Positions 1 through 9,367 of a stretch of 20,000 nt of DNA are shown here, one piece after another (within the stretch, counting starts at the first letter, position 1; each line of letters opens with the position of its first letter). Below the pieces are notes generated by a model. It was not told the origin of the DNA. It did no database searches and was given only the letters and a program-made list of their open reading frames with translations. The stretch comes from Folioceros fuciformis. Lineage: Eukaryota. The stretch covers positions 528,129 to 548,128 of the forward strand of contig JBNGIO010006371.1 in assembly GCA_049999805.1 (NCBI GenBank), in the 5' to 3' direction. Made by a program: the position numbers and the translations under genes.

Positions 1-1
1 G

Positions 2-490
2 CAGCTCAACAGACCTCCAGTTCCGCAGGTGTCTGCCGCCCCTGTCACTTATCCTGCACCTGGACCTCCTATTCCCGGGGTGCGGCCTCCAGGTCCTCCC
101 CCCCAGGTTTACCCGGGCGGTCCTCCAAGAAACATGCCACCAGTACCCCCACCACCTGGCATGAGGCCACCAGGGCCTCCGGGACAGATGTTGCAAAGCG
201 GGCCGCCACAAGGGTTTTTGCCTTCGAGGCCTGGATTGCCTCCAGGTCCTCCTCCTCCTCCAGGTGCGATGCAGATGGGTGGCCCAGGTATGCCCCCTTT
301 CGGACAGAGGCCAATGCCTCCTCAGTTGCTGCGTCCAGGCCCTCCTCCGATGGGTGGGCCTCGACCTGGTATGCCTCCACCCGGTACACCTGTTGGCCCT
401 CCCAGGCCTGGTATGCCTCCCGGACCCCCTCAGATGTATCCTCCCCGTCCTGGCATGCCCCCGCCTTCTCAGCAGCCTCCTCAGCACTAG
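2..490 (+). CDS. SmB: 3' part of small nuclear ribonucleoprotein-associated protein B/B' (SmB), Pro/Gly/Met-rich C-terminal tail; 5'-truncated by the window edge
   Basis: Frame 2 is open from base 2 (QLNRPPVPQVSAAPVTYP...) to TAG at 488-490. Motifs ...PPFGQRPMPP..., repeated PPRPGMPP and a terminal QQPPQH match my recollection of the plant SmB tail (QISRPPQLSAPP...YGQRPMIPP...PPRPGMPPHNQQQ). The Sm domain lies outside the window. Confidence 0.8.
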   Translation, partial: QLNRPPVPQVSAAPVTYPAPGPPIPGVRPPGPPPQVYPGGPPRNMPPVPPPPGMRPPGPPGQMLQSGPPQGFLPSRPGLPPGPPPPPGAMQMGGPGMPPFGQRPMPPQLLRPGPPPMGGPRPGMPPPGTPVGPPRPGMPPGPPQMYPPRPGMPPPSQQPPQH

Positions 491-1360
491 GTCTTCATCA
501 GATCTCAAACACGCACTATTGGCGGGTAGGTTGATGGTAACACTGCTTTGAGTTGGTTCTGGGAAGCATATCTCATCAGAGGGAACGATGGCTCTGGAAC
601 GCGCAAGAGGAGCTCTTGCAGATTCTCACCTGAACACAGCTGTGCTGGATGACGTTCAGACTGCCAAAAGGTTGTCCAACGAAATGTTGTATTTGACAAA
701 AGTCCTGGAGAATTCTGTATGATGCAGATGGTCGGAGGCGCTTCCGCCTGACCAGCAAAAGGATTTTCGTCAGTCAGTCAGACAGTCAGGTAGCATTCTA
801 GAGTCATTGGACCGTCTTTTTTTCATGTGAGAGGCCGAATCTGCGTCCTCTTCACTAGCTAGCGGGTGATGCTCTTTCTGGTAGTCAGGTTGGATTCTTG
901 AGTCCAAAAGACGAAACACTGCACAGAACCATTTAGGAATTAACGACGATTTTCATTAAGTTACAATCGATCATGACAGCTCTACCATTAAGGCGCGTAA
1001 GCATCACAGCTCGACGCAGGAATTAAGAGAAATCGTGAATCCATGTAGTCAAACAGGCTTCTCGAGCAACAAAGACAGTGGACCATGGATCTGGTTAATG
1101 GTAACTGTGCACTTTTCGTGCTCACTACAAAATAAGTGTAATGCGCTCTTCCTCTTGAGTTGCACGTTTACGAGTGTCCCTACTGCAGATGAGGGAAACC
1201 TGGTAGATCAGTCTGGCTGCTAGCAATGCTAGACTACGTATAGCACGATGATTCTTTTTACTACTAGCAACAGACGTGTATTATTTATGTGGTGACACAC
1301 TCAGTATAAGATTCGGCAAGGAACAAATTGAAACAATTCTCTTGAGAGGTAACAGCACAA

Positions 1361-1725
1361 GATTTATCATGCAGAACTTTATTTCTCTGAGAATCGACAC
1401 TTCAAGGTCGAATGGTTCCACTCCTGTTGGATAGTTAGTGAGTTGCTATACTGACACAACATTTCATGGTAGACGGCACAGGCCAGAGCTATGGTGTCAT
1501 TCTCGATACGCAAATTCATTATTCGACGACTTGGAATAAGCAGACTGTAACAATGTACTTGAAGGGGTGAAAGGCTTGATTTATTATGCAGATGGTTACA
1601 TATCTCGGAATTGAATCTTCGAGGTAGACTGAATCCACTCTTGTTGGATGGTGAGGTTCTATCCTGACAACGTTCTTGGTTGGTGGTACAGGAGCAAGTC
1701 CTCCCTCATGTAAGAGCTATGAGAT
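1361..1725. repeat. Diverged tandem duplication (~217-bp offset) between the convergent 3' ends
   Basis: Copy 1 (from 1361): GATTTATCATGCAGA..TTCAAGGTCG..TCCACTCCTGTTGGAT..CTGACA..AGAGCTATG. Copy 2 (from 1578): GATTTATTATGCAGA..TTCGAGGTAG..TCCACTCTTGTTGGAT..CTGACA..AGAGCTATG. Confidence 0.65.
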
Positions 1726-1855
1726 AACTTATCAAAAGTGAACGAATTGCTCTCTGCCTCTACTGTTCGTTTAGTAACCCACGCAGAGCCTAGACTGAGA
1801 CCTATCCAGACTTGTTGGCCATTTCACGGTCTACCTGGTGGAAAAGAACCTTAGA

Positions 1856-4800
1856 TCATTGCATGACGGTTTCCAAGTGTGCAGAGGGCGGAAGCTGTAC
1901 CTCCTGAGCACAAAACAAGAAGCCTGGCGTTACAACACTGATCGAAAGAAAAGAGCTCATATCCCTTTGAAGTGAGGATGATAATATGAGAAATTAAGAA
2001 CCTTACCTCCGAGGACGTGGGAGAAGCTGCAGTATTCACTGGCATTCCTCTCTTCTCATTCAGAAGCTGTCGACGCATGCTCTGAGAGAGTTTCTTCGTA
2101 ATCATCCTGGTCTTCTCCTTGGATTTACCAGTGATAGGAGTTTTGTAGCCCTCCTGGTGTTTCTTGAGCACAGATGTCTTGCCACTAGCACAACGGCCTT
2201 CGACGTACTCTTTGTCCGCAGAAATGGGAACAAAATCTCGAGCGGCGATGGACAAGTGCTTCTCTTTCTCCTCTAGTCTTCTCCTCGCAGTAGCCTCCAT
2301 TGTCCTCTCCAGGTATTGCCGTCTGCCGAAAAACTTGATCACATGCTTGGGAGCCTTCTGCTTATTACTTACAACACGAACAGGCTCTCGGGAAGCAGCC
2401 GCTGCGACAGAGGTAGGCACGGCAGCTTCCATCGATTGTTCCTCAGAACTTGGTGGCTCATCCGTTGATTCGACGTCTACAAGCTCTCTGTAGACCGCCA
2501 CAGGCGGTACCGGAGAGCTGGCCAGAGCGGCTTCAACGACTCCTGTCTTGTGAACTCCAGCATTTCCTGGCTCAGGACACGGAACTACAGATTTTCCATT
2601 CACACGCAGCGGTGTCCCGAATTCCCTCGCAGATTCACTTCTCTTCTTTGCTAGTACATCTTCCCTCAGGGCTTTCTTCTGTTTGATCGCCTTCTGTAGA
2701 GAGCGTAGCGACTGTGGCTGCTCATGCTGGAAAGGAGTTTTCTTGTAATCATTCTTGCGCTGTGGCACTGGCTGAGCAAAACTCGTGACCTCTTTAGCTG
2801 GTTCCACAATGCTGCAATAACAAAACGTCAGTGCAACAGCAGGGATGAGGACTCTCAAGACAGAACGAGCTTAACGAGACCAAGAGTGTACCTTTCAATC
2901 TGAAAGGGAGGCAGTTCTACTTCCTGAAACGACAACACCGATGATCACAAGAAGGTTAGATCAGAAACAGTCACACTGATACAAGACGAAGAAAGCGAAG
3001 CCACTTACCATTTCTTGGGCAGGGCTCGAGGGAGTGTCGTCGGCATCTATATTTGGACGCCGATCTGGGGACTCGTTCGGGTCTGCTGATTCCGGTGATG
3101 AAGCACCTTCATCTGAGTCATATTCGTCTGGTGGACTGGCCAAGTCTGATTCGTGATGAGAAGCACCTGCAAGTAACTCGTCAGGCTCCTCAGTCTTCCT
3201 ATCAAGACCAACTTCACTGTTGAGAGCTTTCTGCAACTGAGAACCATGATTTGTCACGAAAGCATTTCCACTTCCATGCAGATCTATTTCCTCCTCCACT
3301 ACACTGTCCTCATTGAAAAGTTGATTCGATTCCTCGACCTCGACGGCCGGGCCTTCCTGCAATTCAATACTCGGCTCCGCCTGGGAAGCACCTTCACTTC
3401 CAGGGAGGTCTATTGCATCCTCCATGACAGAGTCTGTAACAAGGGCTGCCGTCCTGACCCCATCCAGGGACGTCATCCTGGCATCTAAAGCTGCATCAAC
3501 AGTCGGTGCAGGGACTCGTCGCACCATCCGTTCATCAGTCTGATAGTCCACAACTTCTACATCGGAACCATTAGGTAGAGGCGTGTTCTTCTTATCCACT
3601 GGTGCATCAACTCGACTCCCAGTAATCCCTGCCGACTCATCCTCAACATCGTCCTCATCCGAATCCTTCGGGCCAAATTCATTGACTGTAACAGCTTGTT
3701 CGGAACGCTTGACTTCCTTAGTCAAATCAATAATCTCCGGGCAGACATCCAGCGCAGACAACCCATCACCTGCAGTTTGGGTCATACCATTTGACAGTTG
3801 AAGACATTCGACAGATTCTCTCATTGATCGGTCGGCACCAGGCTCCAAAATCGCATCAGAAGTATTCTCCACAGACTGAAAACCTCTATTCGAATCAGAA
3901 GGTTGCTCCACAATGCATGCATGGTTATCCTCAGTCTCATGTTTACGTGCACAAACCATTCTTCCCGCCGAACACTGCTGGCCCTCATGTGCATCAGCAT
4001 CTTCACCATGATCCTTGACGACAGCTTTGATCAAGCTGTTTGTGCACTCCTGACCTGATTTACACATACACAACAGTGGGTTGGGTAAAGCACGCTAATT
4101 TGATGATTGCTGAGCCCGGCAATGCTAGGTACGGACCTTCACTACAGTTGCTCACGATTGGCAGACGAGCTAATGCCGCCAAGATCTCGGCGGAGAAACC
4201 CATTGGCTGAGCAGAAGAATCACAGGGCACAAGGTTTAGGGCAGGGAGAGACTCTTGTTCGACATCTTCCTGCCCAGCAATACTGCATTCCTGGATGATC
4301 GACGACTTGTCAAACCCCTCGTTGCTCTCCAAAGGCTCCAGTTCTCTTAGTCTTACTTTGTGTTCTTCTAGAGCTTTTACCGCTGGATCCTGGACGGTTG
4401 TAGGAACGGGATCCAAGATCATGGAATCGTCCCCCAGGGCACTAATATGCAAGCTCACATCGTCAACCAGCTCAGACTGGCACTTTTCAGCACTGTCCAC
4501 TGCAAAGCAACGGACATCTTCCTGCAACATCAAATCAAAGAAGAAACTTGCGAATTAACACAAACCCTAGACACAACATCCAGCTGATAACAGACATCGA
4601 GACAGAACGGTTGATGCCTATACCTTATCTGCATTACAAGGGTCGCAATCGTCAACAACTTTCAGAATGGGAACAATTTCCTTAACACTAGCAGCTTCAA
4701 ATTCTGGGTCTACTGAGATCTCCGGGATAGTAGGTAGCGCAACTTGAACTTCCTCGGAAACAATGAGATCATCACTGGAGGCTGAGAACTCTTCTCTGCA

Positions 4801-5503
4801 TCCCTCTGCCTTGAGAGTGCCCTCCTGTTGCAGCGGGTGCTCACCTGTAGAGTCGTGCTCAGATGCACTCTGCTTCAAAGACCCGCATTCCTTAACTTCA
4901 CTACCATGAGCTTCAAGCTCCTGTAAACCCTCCAGTCGCGGCTTCACTCCGGAAGAGGCTGTACAATCCTCCTCACCTTCCTGCACATCGAGGGCCTCCT
5001 TCAACATAGCCTTGCTGCAAGGAGTGGACATCACGTCCTGCCCACGTCCCATCCAACCCACGTGGGAGCTGACATTGCAAACCGAGGTGGATGGGGTTGC
5101 AAGCTGGGAACCCAGCTGGGAGTCACTGGGATCCGCATCCAAGTCAGTCTCATCACACTCAGGCACTCCTGGCTCAGGCTTCCTGGCATTGCGGCGTGGC
5201 CGTGGGGTCCTATACGGACTAGGAGGCGGGAGATTCCCACTCTGCAGGGAACGATCAAGCATCAGGCGCAACCACCCACAACCCTAATCGTCACAATGCT
5301 ACAATCACCCATCCACCCACAAGATCAAAGCTGAACCCAAAATCCAGAAACCAAGCATTTACTCTGTACAGTTCTCCCAGCGCTTCCGCCATCGCTGCAT
5401 TGGTCTTATTCGCAGGAATTCCATGCTTCTTCGCGAGCTGCTGCAGCCGGCGGCGAGGCAGCTCGTGGAAGTTGGTCTCCGCCACGATGGAGCTCCTGCC
5501 CAT
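1856..5503 (-). CDS. Multi-exon uncharacterised protein (~1024 aa): N-terminal SAP/NuSAP-like motif, long acidic disordered middle, basic C-terminal region. Exons 5503-5363, 5241-4624, 4521-4137, 4054-3009, 2923-2892, 2811-2007, 1903-1856
   Basis: All six introns are GT..AG with consistent phases (0,0,1,0,2,0). The exons sum to 3075 nt = 1024 aa + TGA. Exon 1 reads MGRSSIVAETNFHELPRRRLQQLAKKHGIPANKTNAAMAEALGELYR, like the plant 'FHxLxRRELQxLCKxxxIPANxTNxAMADAL' N-terminal motif. Exon 6 contains SLRSLQKAIKQKK. Confidence 0.8.
5363..5503 (-). CDS. Exon 1 of the minus-strand gene, encoding the SAP-like helix-extended loop-helix motif
   Basis: ATG at 5503-5501. LxxxxLQxLAKKHGIPAxxTxAAMAEAL pattern. 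Donor AGA|GTAAAT at 5362. Confidence 0.8.
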
Positions 5504-5564
5504 GATACCCAACCTGCGTGCGCCGCCCTGCCACTGGCACAGAACCACCAATCTCTCCCCTCCT

Positions 5565-5740
5565 CTCCTCTCTACTCTACCCNNNNNNNNNNNNNNNNNN
5601 NNNNNNNNNNNNNNNNNNNNNNNNNNNNNNNNNNNNNNNNNNNNNNNNNNNNNNNNNNNNNNNNNNNNNNNNNNNNNNNNNNNNNNNNNNNNNNNNNNNN
5701 NNNNNNNNNTCTCTACTCTACCCTGCTCTACTCTACCCCG
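5565..5740. repeat. (CTCTA)n-type pentanucleotide microsatellite in the 5' leader of the minus-strand gene, spanning an assembly gap
   Basis: CTCTACTCTAC motifs flank both sides of the 127-N gap (5583-5709). Confidence 0.7.
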
Positions 5741-5787
5741 CTCTGCGAGTTGCTGTTGGGAGCGCCGTCCTCCAACAGCATCACCTC

Positions 5788-5980
5788 CTGCAGCCCCTCG
5801 AAACCACAACCACAGAGCAGGGACTGGATTCTAGACACCAAAGACTGTTTCATCTAAGGCGAGCGGGAGACAAGGGTAACGTAGCCCCCGACGAAAAGAA
5901 TCGGACACGGAAAGGAAATCCTGGCAACAAAGAGATGCAAAGGAACGGGGAAGTGCGGCCCAGCGAGGACGATAACTTAC
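5788..5980 (-). other. Probable 5'-UTR intron of the minus-strand gene
   Basis: Strong donor CAG|GTAAGT at 5980 and acceptor CTGCAG|G at 5788 on the minus strand. No transcript support. Confidence 0.4.
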
Positions 5981-6145
5981 CTGACGGAACACTGCTCCAC
6001 ACAGGCACAAGCAAGCAACAACACTCTACTACACCACCCACAACGCGCCTCCTCTCAAGACAGATACACAGACGGAAGCACAGTGTGGCACGATGTGGCC
6101 GGCAAAGGGCAGGATCATATACCCGAGTCCCCAGGCCATTGGGAA

Positions 6146-6235
6146 TTTGAATGTAGTGGGTGCCACGTTTGAATGTCTTTGGCGCGCAACGGTAAAATGG
6201 GGTGCCATTGCCCCATCGCCTGTCACTGCACCGTT
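6146..6235. promoter_or_regulatory. Cell-cycle promoter module: 2x CHR (TTTGAA), E2F site (TTTGGCGC), 2x MSA core (AACGG)
   Basis: TTTGAA at 6146-6151 and 6168-6173. TTTGGCGCGC at 6178-6187. AACGG at 6188-6192. CCGTT at 6231-6235. The cluster is immediately upstream of the minus-strand gene and before the AT-rich intergenic DNA begins. Confidence 0.6.
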
Positions 6236-7371
6236 CCAGTTTTAGCTCCCTCTGCGTTCATATTGTCTTCGTAACAGGAGGTTAGGTCGATGGATCCAAG
6301 ACCATTATAATATTACATACTTAATAAAAAAGAAGACGACCATCATATTCATTGCTTTGCAAAGAGCATTTAGCCAAATACTTTATAAAGAGCACTGGCC
6401 AATATAGACTTTCTTTTCAATGAGCATTGGCCAATGTAGACTTTATAAGTCAAGCATCTTCCTTTTTCGAGGGTAAAATAGACATTTTATTATTCCTCCA
6501 CAGAACACTAGGTAGTGTTCCTAGGTAGTTGTGAGAATGTGAGAATGATGTGATAGATAGACATTTTGTTATTCTGCATCATGAAGAGCAATAGGTAGTT
6601 GTGAAAATGATATGGTAGATAGGTCCTTGCACTAGCTATGGTCATATGTAGAGTAATGGATATTCTTTATATAAAGAAAATAACTATATAAAAAAAGAGG
6701 AAGACTACCCTAACCCTATAACTCTGATAGGCTTTAGCCCGAGCTCAAATAATTCAAGGTTTAAAACTAGAAGATCAATAGTTTCTACTAAGCTCTTTAA
6801 ATAAATGCACTTAATTAGGTGTATTTGAAATTGGAAAGGCAACAATGGCAGAATTAGACACCAATCATAGCTAGGATTTCAACTAGTCCGATCAAAAATC
6901 TAAGTGTAGACCATATCTTCTCACCCCCTTAAGACTTGAATAATTTTTTACACAAACCATGGAGTGCTCTTCACATTATTCGAAGAAGAGGGTCCCATCT
7001 CATCCCAAAGGAAAGAATCAAGAAGTACAAAGGGAAAAAAAAACCCCTAAAAAAGGATATAAAGGATGAAAAAGCAAAAAAAACAAAATAACAAAATTAA
7101 ATCCATACAATTTTTAAAAATATCTTGAAAATAAAACTAATCTAAATTAAAACCCCAAACTCTATGCCCCACCTCCCTAACACCCTTTACCTAAGCCCTA
7201 AGACTAATTTTGCATGTGCCGTGTTCTGGTTTCAGTTTTAGAAAAACCTAGCTTATAGATTTTTGACATGCTGCCATCTGCCTACAAGAAAAAAGCACAA
7301 AAACTTGGACTCGAGCCGGGGACATTTTCTTACACTACAAGTCTCACATTGCAAAGCAGAATGCCACCATA

Positions 7372-8190
7372 TTTAAAATGTTTTTTAGGTTCAACCTAAG
7401 TTCCTTTGAATATGTTTGCTTCTTCCTCATTGTAGACCTCTAGCCTATAGAGGATTCAGGTAAATTTTAGGTCGTATGCTACTTGTCAAGGAGCAAGTCA
7501 TGATTGCTCTGAGGCTATTGGCAACAAGAGATTTCTACTTGAGCTTTGGCAAATTATTGGATGTGTGCAACACCATAGTATTCAATGTTTGCCATCGTTT
7601 TGTGGCCTTGGTTTTGCAATAGGCTTCACTTAACAAATTCAAGGAAATTAAGCTTGATTTCAAATTGTAATAGGTGTTCCAAAACTATTGTAAGGCTATA
7701 GATGAGACACATTTTACAATCAAACTACATGGACATAGGCTTATCATACACTATTGCGGCAAATAGGGGACTTATACACTATGGCGATGCAAGCCATATT
7801 AGGCTAATAAAGCATTCTAGAGATAGTGATCGAAATGACATGGTAATGCAATAGACACAAGAACCCTTCGTAATAGTTGGTTGTATGTTGATGCATATGC
7901 TAGAAGACACTAAAATAGTCTTGCCCTACACCTCTCCACTTGTGTGGTGCGTGATTAGCTTCTTGCAGATGAGTTATTTAGATCCGCCTTGATTGATTAC
8001 ACATTTCCCTACACACCAATTGTATGTTGAATAGGATGCATTAAATTTTAAGCAATCCTCCATTTGCATGGAAGTGAAAGGTGCATTTGGCTTGCTCAAA
8101 TATGTTTGGCATATACTTGGTTGAAAAATGTCAAGACGTTCTACCTAACATTTTGCTCAAGTGTCTTATGTGTTGTGTTCTCCAAAACAC
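7372..8190 (+). pseudogene. Decayed PIF/Harbinger DDE transposase (HARBI1/ALP1-like, DDE_Tnp_4)
   Basis: Colinear motifs across frameshifts and stops: FKMFFRFNLSSFEYVC; GRMLLVKEQVMIALRLLAT..F; FQNYCKAIDETHFTI (=FPNCCGAIDGTH, D at 7701); YTMAMQAI; GNAIDTRTLRNSWLY; LAD (7968); LNFKQSSICMEVKGAFGLLKYVWHIL (=FN.xxSxxRxxVExAFGxLKxRWxIL, catalytic E now K); CCVLQN. Confidence 0.88.
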
Positions 8191-8260
8191 AGCATGATGA
8201 CCAATGTATATCAACAATTGTTTAAAGGTTACATTCCATTATTTAATTAAACGTTAATTA

Positions 8261-8940
8261 TTGCATCCTACATATTACCTTTAAATGCATGATATTTTCC
8301 GCATCCTAGGAACACAGTACCTTGAAACTCTTGATATTTTCGTACCCTACACACTACCTTGAAACTCTTTATATTTTCGTACACTACACACTACCTTGAA
8401 AAGCTTGACATTTTTGCATCCTACCTACTACCTTGAAATGCTTGATATTCTCGCATCCTACATAGTACCTTGAACTCTTGACATTTTCATACCCTACACA
8501 CTACCTTGAAAAGCTTGACATTTTCACATCCTACACACTATCTTGAAACTCTTGACATTTTCGCATCCTACACACTACCTTGAAACGCTTGACATTTTCG
8601 CATCCTACACACTATCTTGAAACTCTTGACATTTTCTCATCGTACACTACTTTGAAACTCTTGACCTTTTCACATCGTACACACTACCTTGAAACTCTTA
8701 CATTTTTGCACCCTATATACTACCTTAAAACTCTTGAAATTTTTCCATCTTAGCCCTCTTCATATAGTTCGAGACTATAATTAGGGATGACTAGAAACTC
8801 TTGACATTTTTACATCCTATTTTACCTTCAAACTCCTACATTTTACCATCCTACGTACAGCCTAGAAACTCTCAACATTCTTGCATTCTACATACTACCT
8901 TAGAACTCTCGATATTGTTGCATCCTACATACTACTTAGC
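8261..8940. repeat. 37-bp tandem minisatellite, ~17-18 degenerate copies; consensus ACACTACCTTGAAACTCTTGACATTTTCGCATCCTAC
   Basis: CTTGAAA recurs at 8321, 8358, 8395 and onward (period 37). There is a short interruption near 8750-8790 and the terminal copies are more diverged. No unique spacers. Confidence 0.92.
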
Positions 8941-9367
8941 TTGCAAGACCATTTCTCACCAAGCCTAATTGCCTACTATACATTGTTCATTGAAACTATC
9001 CTCTCAATGAATTGTGCGAAAGTATCCTCTCAATTCACTTTAGGATCATCTCAATTCCTAGTCACATTGTGAACGATATAATGTTTACAAACTCCCTGTG
9101 GAGGTGTGCGTTGGAGTGGTTTTTTTGGTTTTTTGCTAAGTTCGGTGTGAAATCAAGTTAGGTTGGGAGTAGGTCGAGGTATTTATGCTCAAGAGCTCCT
9201 TGGCCCATAAAGATTTTAGTTTTGAGTTGGTGTGACCAATAACTAGTCCGTGGACCAGGGAGGTGGGGTTGCTGATTGTTCTTTGGCCTTTTGCCTTTTA
9301 ACAATCCGTAAAAGCCTATATAAGGAGGGACCACGTAGCCTTAGAGTCAGGTTGTGATTAGGGTCAG

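Noticed and set aside
69..758. Alternative-frame and antisense ORFs over SmB and its 3' UTR
   Set aside because: Shadows of a GC-rich low-complexity CDS, or short chance ORFs with no recognisable motifs.
1240..1320. C/D-box snoRNA (CGATGAT near 1245)
   Set aside because: Imperfect C box, with no suitably placed CTGA D box or terminal stem.
2164..5334. Plus-strand ORFs opposite the 7-exon gene
   Set aside because: Antisense shadows of the minus-strand exons.
5400..6150. ORFs spanning the N gap, including an N-terminal extension of exon 1 to 5809
   Set aside because: They are open only because of Ns and microsatellite sequence; ATG 5503 directly precedes the conserved motif.
8261..8940. CRISPR array (37-bp repeat length)
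   Set aside because: Units are head-to-tail with no unique spacers, there are no cas genes, and the context is eukaryotic.
9095..9105. CTGTGGAG shared with ~19928-19935 as paired element ends
   Set aside because: Only an 8-bp match with unrelated flanks, which is expected by chance.
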